DNA of 32,000 nt, taken from assembly GCF_012562765.1 (NCBI RefSeq), contig NZ_CP046226.1, positions 210,001 through 242,000 on the forward strand. The letters run 5' to 3'. Shown here piece after piece: positions 1-11,279 of the stretch; position 1 is the first letter of the stretch, and each line of letters opens with the position of its first letter. Both the position numbers and the translations under genes were made by a program. This stretch comes from Candidatus Saccharimonadota bacterium. Lineage in GTDB: Bacteria > Pseudomonadota > Gammaproteobacteria > Enterobacterales > Enterobacteriaceae. The notes under the pieces are model-generated. The model searched no databases. It was not told the DNA's origin and worked only from the letters and a program-made list of their open reading frames with translations.

Positions 1-2688
1 AAATTTATTAAATGGTAATACCACTTCTTTAACAGAAAAATAATAAGGAATTATTTCTTTATTGATTTTTAAATCAAGTAAAGATTTTCCTACCATTACT
101 AATGTACTTATTTTTGCTAAAGGTATACCTATAGCTTTTGATATAAATGGAATAGTACGTGAAGCTCTAGGATTTACTTCTATTAAATAAATTTCGTTAT
201 CTTTAATAGCAAATTGTACATTTAATAAACCACAAATATTAATTGCTATAGCTAATTTTTTTACTTGAGATCTAATTTTATTTAAAATAATATTACTAAT
301 ATTTTTTGTTGGTAAAGAACAAGCAGAATCACCAGAATGTATACCAGCTTGTTCTACATGTTCCATTATACCACCAATAAAAACATTTTTTCCATCACAA
401 ATAGCATCTACATCAACTTCTATTGCATTATCTAAAAACTTATCTAATAAAACAGGAGTATTATTTTTATTATAATATTTTTTTAAATCATTAATATTAT
501 ATATTAATTCCATTGCTCTACCACCTAATACATAGGATGGTCTAATTACTATAGGATAACCAATTATTTCAGATTTTTTTATTGCTTCGTTTAAATTATA
601 AACTATAAAATTTTCTGGTTGTTTTAATTTTAATAAATTAACTATATTTTGAAATTTTTTTCTATTTTCAGCTTTATCAATAGAATCAGAACTTGTTCCT
701 ATAATTTTTATTCCTTGTTTTTCTAGTAATTTAGCTAAATTTAATGGAGTTTGTCCACCATATTGAACAATAACACCTTTAGGTTTTTCAATTCTAATAA
801 TTTCTAATATATCTTCTAAAGTAATTGGTTCAAAATATAAACGATCTGAAATATCATAATCAGTAGAAACTGTTTCAGGATTACAATTAACCATAATAGT
901 TTCAAAATTATTCTCACGTAATGCTATAGCAGCATGGACACAACAATAATCAAATTCTATTCCTTGACCAATTCTATTAGGACCACTTCCTAAAATTATA
1001 ATTTTATTTTTATTATTACTAGGATTAGATTCACATTCTATTGCATATGTAGAATATATATATGCAGTATTAGTTTCAAATTCTGCTGCACATGTATCAA
1101 CTCTTTTATATACTGGATGTAAATTATGATTATAACGTAAATTACGGACTTTTGTTTCAGAAATATGTAATAAATCAGCTATTCTAGAATCTGAAAAACC
1201 CATTTTTTTTAAATTAAAAAAATATATTTTATCCTTTAAGCAATTTATACCTAAAGATTTTATTTTATTTTCAATAGTAATTATTTCTTTAATTTGAGAT
1301 AAAAACCAAGGATCTATTTTAGAATAGTAAGAAATATCATTTATTGACATATCTAATCTAAAAGCATCAGCTATAAATCTAATTCTATCTGGTCCAGGTT
1401 TCTTTAATTCTTCTATAAGAAAATTTAAAATTTGTTTATTTAAATTTTTTATTTTAGGGGTAAAACCATTAATTCCTATTTCTAAACTACGTAAAGCTTT
1501 TTGAATAGATTCCTGAAAAGTTCTTCCTATAGACATAACTTCTCCTACTGATTTCATTTGTGTAGATAATCTATTACTAGCTCCAATAAATTTTTCAAAA
1601 TTAAATCTTGGTATTTTTGTAACTACATAGTCAATAGTAGGCTCAAAAGAAGCTGAAATTTTTTTATTAGTTATATCATTCATTAATTCATCTAAAGTAT
1701 ATCCTACAGATAATTTTGCTGATATCTTTGCTATAGGAAATCCGGTTGCTTTGGAAGCTAAAGCTGATGATCGTGATACACGAGGATTCATTTCAATTAC
1801 GACTAATTTACCATTTTTAGGATTAACAGCAAATTGTACATTAGAACCACCTGATTCTATTCCTATTTCTTGCATAATTAATATGGAAGCATTTCTCATT
1901 ATCTGATATTCTTTATCAGATAAAGTTTGTGCTGGTGCTACAGTGATAGAATCACCAGTATGAATACCCATAGAATCAATATTTTCAATTGAACATATAA
2001 TAGTACAATTTCCATTTTTATCTCTTATTACTTCCATTTCATATTCTTTCCAACCTATTAAAGATTCATCAATTAATAATTCTTTATTAGGAGATAAATT
2101 TATTCCTTTTTTACAGAGATTTATAAACTCTTTTAAATTATTTGCTATACCTCCACCACTTCCACCCATAGTAAAAGACGGTCTAATAATACATGGAAAT
2201 CCAATTTTATTTACAAAATTAATAGCATCATCAACATTATTTACAATTTTAGAAATTGTTGTATTTAAACCTAATTTTTTTATAATCTCTGAAAAATAAT
2301 AACGATTTTCTGCTTTGTGTATTGATTCTATTGTTACTCCAATAATTTTTACATTAAATTTATTTAAAATATTATTTTTATTTAAATCTAATAAACAATT
2401 TAAAGCTGTTTGTCCTCCCATAGTTGGTAAAATAGCATCAGGTTTTTCTTTTTTTATTATCTTAGATATAATTTCCCATTGTATGGGTTCTATATAAGTA
2501 ATATCAGCAATATCAGGATCAGTCATAATTGTAGCTGGATTTGAATTAATTAAAATTAATTTATATCCTTCTTCTTTTAAAGCTTTACATGCTTGAGTTC
2601 CTGCATAATCAAATTCACAAGCTTGTCCTATTACTATAGGTCCTGCTCCTAAAATCATAATACTTTTTATATCTGTGTTTTTTGGCAT
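1..2688 (-). CDS. carB: carbamoyl-phosphate synthase large subunit (N-terminal 896 codons; C-terminal part lies beyond the window edge)
   Basis: The minus-strand frame is open from position 1 to the ATG at 2688-2686. The N-terminus [28 protein letters not shown] and the edge peptide [20 protein letters not shown] match E. coli CarB as I recall it. It starts 2 nt after the carA stop, the carAB operon arrangement. It is missing from the ORF track only because it has no stop inside the window. Confidence 0.95.
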   Translation of the reverse strand, partial: MPKNTDIKSIMILGAGPIVIGQACEFDYAGTQACKALKEEGYKLILINSNPATIMTDPDIADITYIEPIQWEIISKIIKKEKPDAILPTMGGQTALNCLLDLNKNNILNKFNVKIIGVTIESIHKAENRYYFSEIIKKLGLNTTISKIVNNVDDAINFVNKIGFPCIIRPSFTMGGSGGGIANNLKEFINLCKKGINLSPNKELLIDESLIGWKEYEMEVIRDKNGNCTIICSIENIDSMGIHTGDSITVAPAQTLSDKEYQIMRNASILIMQEIGIESGGSNVQFAVNPKNGKLVVIEMNPRVSRSSALASKATGFPIAKISAKLSVGYTLDELMNDITNKKISASFEPTIDYVVTKIPRFNFEKFIGASNRLSTQMKSVGEVMSIGRTFQESIQKALRSLEIGINGFTPKIKNLNKQILNFLIEELKKPGPDRIRFIADAFRLDMSINDISYYSKIDPWFLSQIKEIITIENKIKSLGINCLKDKIYFFNLKKMGFSDSRIADLLHISETKVRNLRYNHNLHPVYKRVDTCAAEFETNTAYIYSTYAIECESNPSNNKNKIIILGSGPNRIGQGIEFDYCCVHAAIALRENNFETIMVNCNPETVSTDYDISDRLYFEPITLEDILEIIRIEKPKGVIVQYGGQTPLNLAKLLEKQGIKIIGTSSDSIDKAENRKKFQNIVNLLKLKQPENFIVYNLNEAIKKSEIIGYPIVIRPSYVLGGRAMELIYNINDLKKYYNKNNTPVLLDKFLDNAIEVDVDAICDGKNVFIGGIMEHVEQAGIHSGDSACSLPTKNISNIILNKIRSQVKKLAIAINICGLLNVQFAIKDNEIYLIEVNPRASRTIPFISKAIGIPLAKISTLVMVGKSLLDLKINKEIIPYYFSVKEVVLPFNKF

Positions 2689-2690
2689 TA

Positions 2691-3851
2691 TTATAATCCT
2701 TTGTATCTTTTTAAACAATATTTTTGAATTAATTCTATAAAATAATCAAATAATATAGAAGCATCATGAGGTCCTGGACTAGCTTCTGGATGTCCTTGAA
2801 AGCCAAAAGCAGGTTTATCAATACGATGAATTCCTTGTATAGTATTATCAAATAAAGACTTATGTGTTATTCTTAAATTTTCAGGTATATTATTTATATC
2901 TACTGTAAAACCATGATTCTGTGTTGTTATAAATACTTTATTAGTTTTTATATCTTTTACAGGATGATTACTTCCATGATGTCCTAAAATCATTTTTTTT
3001 GTTTTAGCACCACTAGCAAGGGCAAGAATTTGGTGTCCAAGACATATTCCAAAAATTGGAATATTAGTTTTTAATATTTGTTTTACAGTAGAAATAGCAT
3101 AAAAACATAGTTTAGGATCTCCTGGACCATTAGATAAAAAAACACCATCTGGATCTATATTTATAAGTTCTTTAAAATTTGTATAAGCAGAAACAACAGT
3201 TACATAACATCCACGATCTACTAACATTTTTAAAATATTTTTTTTAATACCAAAATCATAAGCTATTATATTCATAGGTAATAAAAAATTATTTTTTATA
3301 TTTTTTTTAATTATATGATAATTTTGATTTCCTTTTATCCAAGAATAATTTTTATTAGTTGTCACCTCTTTAACTAAATCTAATCCTTTTAATCTTGAAA
3401 ATTGTTTAATTTTATTTAAAATATGATTAAAATCAATATTTTTTATACCAGTAATAATACAACCTATATTAATTTTTTTATTACGTAAAAAACGTGTTAA
3501 TTGTCTAGTATCAATATCTGTAATAGTAACTACATTATTTTTTTTTAAAAAATAATCTAAAGTATTTTGACTTCTATAATTACTTGATATTTTAGATAAA
3601 TTATGAATAATTAATCCTTTAAGATAAATTTTAGATGATTCTTCATCTTCTTCATTAATACCAATATTACCAATATGAGGATATGTAAGAGTAAGAATTT
3701 GTTTATAATAAGATGGATCTGTAATTATTTCTTGATATCCTGTCATAGATGTATTAAAAATAATTTCTCCTATAACTATTCCATTAATACCAATAGATTT
3801 ACCAAAAAATTTAGTTCCATCTTCCATTATTAAAATGGCTGTATTATTCAA
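2691..3851 (-). CDS. carA: carbamoyl-phosphate synthase small (glutaminase) subunit
   Basis: The track ORF 2691..3863 is collinear with E. coli CarA ([18 protein letters not shown] catalytic Cys, [13 protein letters not shown]). I place the start at TTG 3851-3849. GGAGG (3862-3858) sits 6 nt upstream of it. The resulting N-terminus (M)[12 protein letters not shown] aligns residue for residue with E. coli MIKSALLVLEDGT. The TTG at 3863 is the alternative start. Confidence 0.93.
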   Translation of the reverse strand: MNNTAILIMEDGTKFFGKSIGINGIVIGEIIFNTSMTGYQEIITDPSYYKQILTLTYPHIGNIGINEEDEESSKIYLKGLIIHNLSKISSNYRSQNTLDYFLKKNNVVTITDIDTRQLTRFLRNKKINIGCIITGIKNIDFNHILNKIKQFSRLKGLDLVKEVTTNKNYSWIKGNQNYHIIKKNIKNNFLLPMNIIAYDFGIKKNILKMLVDRGCYVTVVSAYTNFKELINIDPDGVFLSNGPGDPKLCFYAISTVKQILKTNIPIFGICLGHQILALASGAKTKKMILGHHGSNHPVKDIKTNKVFITTQNHGFTVDINNIPENLRITHKSLFDNTIQGIHRIDKPAFGFQGHPEASPGPHDASILFDYFIELIQKYCLKRYKGL

Positions 3852-4013
3852 ATAAACCTCCAAAAATAATCATTTTTTAATAAAAAAATACTTATATATT
3901 AAAATATATATTTTATTAACAATTAATATTGTTAAATTATATTATATAAGTTAAAATTAATTTTTAAAAATTAATTATTTAAATAAAAATAATTTTTAAT
4001 AAAGAAATATATA

Positions 4014-4616
4014 ATGTATAATAAAATTATCCATTCTGAATTATTATCAGCATCTAATATTTTAAATAATTTTATACAAGATAATAAAAATATTAATAAT
4101 ATTCAAATAGCTGCTAATTTAATTGCAAAATCTTTTTTAAATAATAATAAAGTTATTTCTTGTGGTAATGGTGGTTCTCATTGTGACGCCATGCATTTTG
4201 CAGAAGAATTAACTGGAAAATATAGAAATACAAGATCTGCTTATCCTGCATTATGTATATCTGATGTATCTTATTTTTCTTGTGTCAGTAATGATTATGG
4301 TTATGAATATGTTTTTTCTCGTTATATAGAAGCATTAGGACAACCTAATGATGTTCTATTTGCTTTAACTACTTCTGGAAAATCAATTAATATAATTAAT
4401 GCATTATATGCTGCAAAAAAAAAAGATATGAAAATAATATTATTAAATGGTAATTTTTCTTCAAAAAAAATAAAAAATTTAATAGATGTAGAAATATCAG
4501 TAATCCATAATGGTTATTCAGATAGAATACAAGAAATACATATTAAAATTATTCATATATTAATATTATTAATTGAAAAGTTAATGAGTAAAAATATAAT
4601 ATATAAAAATATTTGA
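4014..4616 (+). CDS. gmhA: phosphoheptose isomerase (sedoheptulose-7-phosphate isomerase, LPS core heptose synthesis)
   Basis: The 200-aa ORF carries [22 protein letters not shown] and [16 protein letters not shown], near-identical to E. coli GmhA and distinct from the paralogue DiaA. It ends in TGA (4614-4616), the only TGA stop among the complete genes in this window. Confidence 0.92.
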   Translation: MYNKIIHSELLSASNILNNFIQDNKNINNIQIAANLIAKSFLNNNKVISCGNGGSHCDAMHFAEELTGKYRNTRSAYPALCISDVSYFSCVSNDYGYEYVFSRYIEALGQPNDVLFALTTSGKSINIINALYAAKKKDMKIILLNGNFSSKKIKNLIDVEISVIHNGYSDRIQEIHIKIIHILILLIEKLMSKNIIYKNI

Positions 4617-4646
4617 ATTTTTTAAAATAAATTATTTATATTATTT

Positions 4647-4686
4647 TACTCTCTTAAATTATATAATTTAAGAGAGTAAGTTTTTT
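4647..4686 (+). terminator. Rho-independent terminator candidate downstream of gmhA
   Basis: A perfect 14-bp stem TACTCTCTTAAATT / AATTTAAGAGAGTA (4647-4660 / 4665-4678) with loop ATAT is followed by AG + TTTTTT (4681-4686). The T-tract overlaps the stop codon of convergent ilvC. On the minus strand the hairpin is followed by A-rich sequence, so it is orientated for gmhA. Confidence 0.6.
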
Positions 4687-6160
4687 AATTTCTTGAAATA
4701 TATTTCATATCAGTCATATATTTACGTAATAAATAACCAATTTTTTCAATTGAATGATTTCTAATCATAAAATTAATATTTAGTAAATTTTTATTTTTTA
4801 TAACTATATTTTTAATATTTACAATACCTAAATCTTCATCTTTTAAATTATAGATAAAATCTTTTAGTAAAGGTATCGCTTGATTAGAAAATAAATAATT
4901 ACCATATTCTGCTGTATCAGATATTACTTTATTCATTTCATATAATTTTTTTCTTGCAATAGTATTTGCAATTAAAGGTAATTCATGTAATGATTCATAA
5001 TATGCTGATTTAGGTGAAATTCCTGTTTCTATCATAATTTCATATGATAATTCAACGCTAGCTTTAACTATAGCAATCATAAATAAACCACGATCAAAAA
5101 CATCTTGTTCATTAATAATGATATTATTTTTAATTAATGTATTTTCAAAACTATTATTTTTTATATTTTTTCTCCAATTTAATAAATTTTTATTATCATT
5201 ATTCCAATCTTTTATTATTTCTGTAGAAAATCTTCCAGAAATAATATTATCCATATGTAATTGAAATAATGGTTTTAAAATATTTTTTAAAATTAAAGAT
5301 AATTCATAAGCTCTAATTTTATTTTTATTATTTAATCTATCCATCATTAAAGTAATACCTCCTTGTTTTAAAGATTCTGTAATGTATTCCCATCCAAATT
5401 GAATAAATTGTGAAGCATATTCTTTATTTACTTTATGATTTATTAATTTATTAAATAATAATATTGAAGTAGTTTGTAACATACCACATAAAACAGTTTG
5501 TTCTCCCATTAAATCAGATTTTACTTCTGCAATAAAAGAAGATTCTAATACACCTGCTTTATGACTTCCTATTGCAACAGCCCAAGATTTTGCTATTTCT
5601 AATCCATTATTATCATTATTTTGTTGATGTACAGCTATTAATGATGGAACTCCAAAACCTCTTTTAAATTCTTCTCTTACTTCAGTTCCAGGGCATTTTG
5701 GAGCAACCATAATAACATTAATATCTTTAGAAATATATTCTCCTTCTTCTACAATATTAAAACCATGAGAATATCCTAATGTAGCTCCAGGTTTTATTAA
5801 ATGTTTTATATTTTTTAATAGTTGATGATGATTTCTATCAGGTGTTAAATTAATTATTAAATCAGCATGAGGAATTAATTCTTTGTATGAACCAATAACA
5901 AATTTATTTTCATAAGCTCTTACCCATGAAGAATTTTTATTTTTTATAGAATATTCTTTTAAAGCATAAGATATATTTAAACCAGAATCTCTCATATTTA
6001 ATCCTTGATTTAATCCTTGTGCTCCACATCCTATAATAACTATATTTTTTTTTTTTAAATAACTAATTCCATTAGAAAATTCTTTAAATTTCATTAATCT
6101 ACATTTTTGTAAATTTTTTAATTTTTCACGAAAATTTAATTTATTAAAATAATTACTCAT
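4685..6160 (-). CDS. ilvC: ketol-acid reductoisomerase
   Basis: The 491-aa ORF is collinear with E. coli IlvC (491 aa). Matches include [12 protein letters not shown] vs [38 protein letters not shown] and [24 protein letters not shown]. An AAGG Shine-Dalgarno sits upstream of the ATG. Confidence 0.96.
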   Translation of the reverse strand: MSNYFNKLNFREKLKNLQKCRLMKFKEFSNGISYLKKKNIVIIGCGAQGLNQGLNMRDSGLNISYALKEYSIKNKNSSWVRAYENKFVIGSYKELIPHADLIINLTPDRNHHQLLKNIKHLIKPGATLGYSHGFNIVEEGEYISKDINVIMVAPKCPGTEVREEFKRGFGVPSLIAVHQQNNDNNGLEIAKSWAVAIGSHKAGVLESSFIAEVKSDLMGEQTVLCGMLQTTSILLFNKLINHKVNKEYASQFIQFGWEYITESLKQGGITLMMDRLNNKNKIRAYELSLILKNILKPLFQLHMDNIISGRFSTEIIKDWNNDNKNLLNWRKNIKNNSFENTLIKNNIIINEQDVFDRGLFMIAIVKASVELSYEIMIETGISPKSAYYESLHELPLIANTIARKKLYEMNKVISDTAEYGNYLFSNQAIPLLKDFIYNLKDEDLGIVNIKNIVIKNKNLLNINFMIRNHSIEKIGYLLRKYMTDMKYISRN

Positions 6161-6340
6161 TTTTATACCTTATATAAATAAAATTACAATTATTTATTAT
6201 ATAAACATATTTTTAGATAAAATTATTAATATTTTCATTATATAATTTTTATTATAAAAAATAATATTAATTAATAAATAAAAATATAAAACATATTTTT
6301 TATAATTAATAAATATTAATTAATATTAAAATTTAATATA

Positions 6341-6370
6341 AAATAAAGTTTTTTATAAAAAACTTTATTT
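6341..6370. repeat. 30-nt perfect palindrome AAATAAAGTTTTTTA|TAAAAAACTTTATTT in the ilvD-ilvC spacer
   Basis: Read directly: the first 15 nt are the exact reverse complement of the last 15. The composition is almost entirely A/T (one G:C pair per arm). Function is unknown; it could be a weak hairpin or chance in AT-rich DNA. Confidence 0.4.
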
Positions 6371-6459
6371 TAGAATTATAAATAATAATATTTAAATATT
6401 TTATAATAATTAAAAATAATTTTTTTATTGTAAGAAAGGATAAATTAATAGATATTAAA

Positions 6460-6497
6460 ACTAGTGATTATAATAAATAAAATTTTAAATCACTAGT
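6460..6497 (-). terminator. hairpin / terminator candidate after ilvD (end of the ilvGMED transcription unit)
   Basis: A 10-bp perfect stem ACTAGTGATT (6460-6469) / AATCACTAGT (6488-6497) has an 18-nt loop. It begins 13 nt after the ilvD stop and on the minus strand is followed by TTTAATATC. The large loop and short U-tract make it only moderate evidence. Confidence 0.4.
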
Positions 6498-6509
6498 ATA
6501 AATAATAAA

Positions 6510-8369
6510 TTATTTAAAATATTTTAATTTATTTTTATCTCGTATTGCTCCTTTATCAGCACTTGTTGCTAGTGCTGCATAAATTTTTAATGCAAAAGAT
6601 ATTTTTCTTTTACGATTATAATTAGGAGTATAAGCTAATGTACCTCTATTTTCTTCTTCCTTAATTCTTTTATCTATTATTTTTTGAGAAATAAGAAGAT
6701 TAATATATCTATCTGGTATATTAATTTCAATTATATCTCCATTTCTTATTAAAGAAATATATCCTTTATTTGCAGCTTCTGGTGAAACATGTCCAATTGA
6801 TAAACCTGAGGTACCTCCAGAAAATCTTCCATCTGTAATTAATGCACAATTTTGATCTAATTTCATTGATTTTAAATAAGATGTTGGATATAACATTTCT
6901 TGCATACCAGGTCCGCCTTTGGGACCTTCATAACGAATAACAACTACATCACCTGAAATAATTTTATTATTTAAAATTGCATATACTGCTGATTCTTGAC
7001 TATCATATACTTTAGCTGGACCTTTAAATATTAGTAAATTTTTATTTACACTTGCAGTTTTAACTACACATCCATCTTTAGCTATATTACCGTATAAAAC
7101 TGCTAATCCACCATCTTTACTATAAGAATATTTATATGATCTAATACAACCAGTTTTTCTATTATCATCTAAATTGTTCCATTTATTTTTTTGAGAAAAA
7201 GGATTTATAGTTTTAATATTTCCTGGTGCTGCTAAAAAAAAATTTTTAATTTTTTTATTTTTAATATTAATTATATTATATTTATGAATCATTTGTTTTA
7301 CTGTTAAACCTAGTATATTTTTTACATTAGAATTTATTAACCCTATTTTATATAATTCACTTAATAAATTAATTACACCACCTGCTCTATGAAAATCTTC
7401 AATATAAAATTTATTCGTACTAGGAGAAACCATACATAACCATGGTACTTTTTTTGATAATTTATCTATATAAGATAAATTTAATTTTATTTTTGCTTCT
7501 TGAACTAAAGCTAATATATGCAAAATTGTATTAGTAGATCCACCCATTGCAATATCAGTTATTATAGCGTTTTCAAAAGATTTTTTATTAGCAATATTTC
7601 TAGGTAAAACACTTTGATCATTATCATGATAATATTTTTTTGTAATATCTACTATTGTTTTTGCTGATTGTATACATAATTCTTTACGATATATATGAGT
7701 TGATAATAAAGATCCATTACCAGGTAATGCTAAACCTAAAACTTCTACTAAACAATTCATTGAATTTGCAGTAAACATTCCAGAACAAGAACCACATGTT
7801 GGACACGCGTTATTTTCAATATTTTTAACATATTGATCTGATTTATCTAAATTAGCTGAATTTATCATTGCATCAACTAAATCAATTCTTATTAATTTTG
7901 ATGAAATATTTATTTTACCAGCTTCCATTGGTCCACCAGAAATCATTACAGTAGGTATATTTAAACGTAAACTAGCCATTAACATACCAGGTGTAATTTT
8001 ATCACAATTAGAAATACAAATCATTGAATCTACACAATGAGCATTAATAACATATTCTATTGAATCTGCAATTAATTCTCTAGAAGGAAGAGAATATAAC
8101 ATCCCATCATGACCCATAGCAATACCATCATCAATAGCTATTGTATTAAATTCTTTTGGAACTCCACCCATTTTTTTTATTTCTGCTGAAATAATTTTAC
8201 TAAATTCTTTTAAATGAATATGACCTGGAACAAATTGTGAAAATGAATTTACTATAGCAATAATTGGTTTTTGAAAATCAGAATCATCCATTCCAGTTGC
8301 TCTCCAAAGAGCACGAGCTCCTGCCATACTACGACCTTTTGTCGTAATAGATGAACGATAATTAGACAT
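6510..8369 (-). CDS. ilvD: dihydroxy-acid dehydratase
   Basis: The 619-aa ORF has the N-terminus [27 protein letters not shown], the Fe-S ligand contexts CDKITPGM and [17 protein letters not shown], and the C-terminal [10 protein letters not shown]. All are collinear with E. coli IlvD (616 aa). Confidence 0.97.
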   Translation of the reverse strand: MSNYRSSITTKGRSMAGARALWRATGMDDSDFQKPIIAIVNSFSQFVPGHIHLKEFSKIISAEIKKMGGVPKEFNTIAIDDGIAMGHDGMLYSLPSRELIADSIEYVINAHCVDSMICISNCDKITPGMLMASLRLNIPTVMISGGPMEAGKINISSKLIRIDLVDAMINSANLDKSDQYVKNIENNACPTCGSCSGMFTANSMNCLVEVLGLALPGNGSLLSTHIYRKELCIQSAKTIVDITKKYYHDNDQSVLPRNIANKKSFENAIITDIAMGGSTNTILHILALVQEAKIKLNLSYIDKLSKKVPWLCMVSPSTNKFYIEDFHRAGGVINLLSELYKIGLINSNVKNILGLTVKQMIHKYNIINIKNKKIKNFFLAAPGNIKTINPFSQKNKWNNLDDNRKTGCIRSYKYSYSKDGGLAVLYGNIAKDGCVVKTASVNKNLLIFKGPAKVYDSQESAVYAILNNKIISGDVVVIRYEGPKGGPGMQEMLYPTSYLKSMKLDQNCALITDGRFSGGTSGLSIGHVSPEAANKGYISLIRNGDIIEINIPDRYINLLISQKIIDKRIKEEENRGTLAYTPNYNRKRKISFALKIYAALATSADKGAIRDKNKLKYFK

Positions 8370-8405
8370 TATTTTTTTCTCTTTTTATATAAAATGAATT
8401 ATTAT

Positions 8406-9335
8406 TTAATAAATATAATCTAACCAATTCCATTTATCTTTTATTATTCCATCAAATAAATTAAAAAATTCTTGTTGAATTATGTGTGTAATTTTACCTC
8501 TTTTTCCACAACCAATTTTTATACCATCTATACTTCTTACTGGAGTAATTTCTGCAGCAGTTCCTGTCATAAATATTTCATCAGCTAAGTATAATGATTC
8601 TCTTAATATCAAAGATTCTTTAGTTTTAATTCCAATTTTTTTAGCTATTTTTAAAACTGAATCTCTAGTAATACCTGGTAATATTGAAGAATTTAAAGGT
8701 GGAGTAAATAAAATATTATTTTTTATTTTAAATATATTTTCTCCTGCTCCTTCTGATACGAATCCTAAACTATCTAATGATATACCTTCATGATATCCAT
8801 TACGTCTTGCTTCACTACCAATAAGATAAGAAGATAAATAATTACCTCCAGCTTTTGCTATACTAGGAATAGTATTTGGTCTTATTTTATTCCACGATGA
8901 TATCATAGCATCAATACCATTAATTATAGCTTTATTACCAAGATAATTACCCCATGAAAAAGAACTAATTATTACATCAGTATAATATTTTTCAGGAGGA
9001 TTAACTCCTAATCCTACATCTCCTATAAATATTAAAATTCTTATATAAGCTTCTTCTAATTTATTACATTTAATTGTAATACGTACTGCATTCATTAAAT
9101 CTTTCATCGTAAATTTTAATGGGAAACGATAAATTTTTGCAGAATTATATAAGCGTTCAATATGATCTTTATGACGAAAGATAGCGGGACCTTTATATGA
9201 TTTATAGCATCTTATTCCTTCAAAAACAGAAGTTCCATAATGTAATGCATGTGTCATTACACTTATTTTTGCATTTTCCCATTTAACTACATCTCCATTA
9301 AACCAAATAAAATCTGCTTTTTTTGTTTTCATCAT
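8406..9335 (-). CDS. ilvE: branched-chain amino acid aminotransferase
   Basis: The 309-aa ORF has KKADFIWFNGDVVKWENAK, HALHYGTSVFEGIRCY and AKAGGNYLSS, matching E. coli IlvE (309 aa). AAGGA lies 6 nt upstream of the first ATG. Confidence 0.96.
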   Translation of the reverse strand: MMKTKKADFIWFNGDVVKWENAKISVMTHALHYGTSVFEGIRCYKSYKGPAIFRHKDHIERLYNSAKIYRFPLKFTMKDLMNAVRITIKCNKLEEAYIRILIFIGDVGLGVNPPEKYYTDVIISSFSWGNYLGNKAIINGIDAMISSWNKIRPNTIPSIAKAGGNYLSSYLIGSEARRNGYHEGISLDSLGFVSEGAGENIFKIKNNILFTPPLNSSILPGITRDSVLKIAKKIGIKTKESLILRESLYLADEIFMTGTAAEITPVRSIDGIKIGCGKRGKITHIIQQEFFNLFDGIIKDKWNWLDYIY

Positions 9336-9381
9336 GATATTTCCTTATTTAATCAAATTAGCAGTATTATTATGACATTCA

Positions 9382-9612
9382 TTAAATTACTTTAATATCA
9401 AATACATCTATTAATTTAGAAAGTTGTTTTACAAGAAAATCTACAGGTTTTGTACTTTCTACAATTATTTCAATAAGTATATTTCCTATTTCTATAATTG
9501 AATTAACTTTCATAGAATAAATTCTAAATCCTCTATGACGAATAATACGTAAAATACGTTCAATAATTTCAGGACTAATATATGTATTAATATGTATTTT
9601 ATATTGATTCAT
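9382..9612 (-). CDS. ilvM: acetolactate synthase II small (regulatory) subunit
   Basis: This is a 76-aa ORF between ilvG and ilvE. Its ATG overlaps the ilvG stop (TAATG, 9614-9610), implying translational coupling. Sequence conservation is weak, so the call rests mainly on position and size (E. coli IlvM is 87 aa). Confidence 0.8.
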   Translation of the reverse strand: MNQYKIHINTYISPEIIERILRIIRHRGFRIYSMKVNSIIEIGNILIEIIVESTKPVDFLVKQLSKLIDVFDIKVI

Positions 9613-11279
9613 TAAATTTCCTCTATCATATTTTCATTACTATGACCAGGAGGAACTAATGGCCAAACATTATCACATTCATTTATAGATACATGTAATA
9701 TATATGATTTTTTTTCATTAAACATATTTTTTAAACTTAAATCTATTTGACTAATATTATTTATACTTTCTCCTGATATTCCAAAAGCACTAGCTAATAA
9801 TAAAAAATCAGGATTATCCCATAATATTGTTTCACTATATCTTTTAGAAAAAAATAATTGTTGCCATTGTTTAACCATACCTAATCTATTATTATCTAAT
9901 AATATAATTTTTATAGGCAATTTCTTTCTTTTAATTGTACTCAATTCCTGAATATTCATCATAAATGACCCATCACCTGTTATACATATTACTGTATCAT
10001 TTGGACGTCCTATTTGTGCTCCAATAGCTGCTGGTAAACCAAAACCCATAGTTCCTAAACCACTAGAAGTAATAAAATTTTTTGGAGAGGAAAAATTAAC
10101 ATGTTGTGCAGTCCACATTTGATGTTGACCTACATCTGTAGTAATAACTGTATTAGAATTTTTAAGATCTGATAATTTTTTTAAAAGTATTGGTGCATAA
10201 ATTTTTTTTTTATTAAATTTATTAATTTTATAATTCCAAGAATATTTTATTTTTATTTTTTTTATATAATTTTGCCATAAAAAAATATTATTTGGTTTTG
10301 TTAAAAATGGAATTATATAATTTAAATTTCCTAATAAATTAAAATCTGTTTTACAAATTTTATTAATTTCAGATGAATCTATATCTAAATGAATAATATA
10401 TGCATTAGGAGCAAATTTTTTTGGATTACCTGTAACACGATCATCAAATCTTGCACCAATAGCTATTAGTAAATCACATTTTTGTACAGCATAATTTGCT
10501 GCTTTATTACCATGCATTCCTAACATCCCAAGATAATAAGGATATTTATTGTCTACTGATCCTAAACCTTTTAATGTTACTACTATAGGTATTTGAGTTT
10601 TATTAATAAATTTTTTTAATGCAATAATAGCATTACTCATTCCAACACCACCACCTATATATAATATAGGCATATTAGATTTTTTTAAAAAATTATTAAT
10701 TTTATTTATATTTTTTTTTGTAATATTTATTTTTTTATCTAAATTTTTTGAAATAAATTTATTTTTTACCATTTTAGGAATATTATTAGATAATTGTATA
10801 TCTTTTGGTATATCTATTAGAACAGGTCCTGGTCTATTAGATAACGCTATTAAAAAAGCTTTATCAAAAATATCATTTAATGATTCTATTGATTTTATTA
10901 AAAAGCTATGTTTTGTACATGATAAAGACATTCCTATAATATCAATTTCTTGAAAAGCATCAGTTCCAATTAATGAAGTAGATACTTGTCCTGTTATAGC
11001 TATAATAGGTATAGAATCTACCATAGCATCTGCAATTCCTGTAATTAAATTAGTTGCTCCTGGACCTGATGTTGCTAAACAAACTCCTATGTTACCAGTA
11101 GATCGTGCATAACCTATAGCAGCAATAGCAGCAGCTTGTTCATGTCTACATAATATATGTTCAATTTCCCCCTTATATAAGGCATCATAAAGAGGCATAA
11201 TAGCTCCACCTGGATGTCCAAATATTATTTTTACTTTTTGTCTTTTTAATGCTTGAATTATACATTCTGCTCCATTCAT
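9612..11279 (-). CDS. ilvG: acetolactate synthase II large subunit (intact, unlike the frameshifted E. coli K-12 allele)
   Basis: The 555-aa ORF has ThDP-enzyme motifs (GPGATNL, and GDGSFMMN in the ThDP-binding fold). It is the first gene of the ilvG-M-E-D order. An AAGAGG Shine-Dalgarno sits upstream of the ATG at 11279. Confidence 0.93.
   Translation of the reverse strand: MNGAECIIQALKRQKVKIIFGHPGGAIMPLYDALYKGEIEHILCRHEQAAAIAAIGYARSTGNIGVCLATSGPGATNLITGIADAMVDSIPIIAITGQVSTSLIGTDAFQEIDIIGMSLSCTKHSFLIKSIESLNDIFDKAFLIALSNRPGPVLIDIPKDIQLSNNIPKMVKNKFISKNLDKKINITKKNINKINNFLKKSNMPILYIGGGVGMSNAIIALKKFINKTQIPIVVTLKGLGSVDNKYPYYLGMLGMHGNKAANYAVQKCDLLIAIGARFDDRVTGNPKKFAPNAYIIHLDIDSSEINKICKTDFNLLGNLNYIIPFLTKPNNIFLWQNYIKKIKIKYSWNYKINKFNKKKIYAPILLKKLSDLKNSNTVITTDVGQHQMWTAQHVNFSSPKNFITSSGLGTMGFGLPAAIGAQIGRPNDTVICITGDGSFMMNIQELSTIKRKKLPIKIILLDNNRLGMVKQWQQLFFSKRYSETILWDNPDFLLLASAFGISGESINNISQIDLSLKNMFNEKKSYILHVSINECDNVWPLVPPGHSNENMIEEI

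Noticed and set aside
2315-2497. 60-aa plus-strand ORF from the track
   Set aside because: It lies entirely antisense within carB. The product is low-complexity and Phe/Ile/Lys-rich, it has no Shine-Dalgarno, and it is the expected by-product of AT-rich sequence opposite a real gene.
3852-3863. carA start at the first TTG (3863), as in the ORF track
   Set aside because: That codon overlaps the GGAGG that best serves as the Shine-Dalgarno for the TTG at 3851. The shorter form matches the E. coli CarA N-terminal length exactly. It is kept as the alternative start, not excluded outright.
6263-6327. Repeated AATATTAATTAAT motif (6263-6275 and 6312-6327, the latter a 16-nt perfect palindrome) that superficially resembles a repeat array
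   Set aside because: There are only two short copies with no regular spacing and pure A/T low complexity. It is not CRISPR-like, not IS termini, and is consistent with decayed spacer DNA.
8482-8793. 103-aa plus-strand ORF from the track
   Set aside because: It is antisense to the well-conserved ilvE coding region. It has no recognisable motifs or ribosome-binding site, so it is a shadow ORF.
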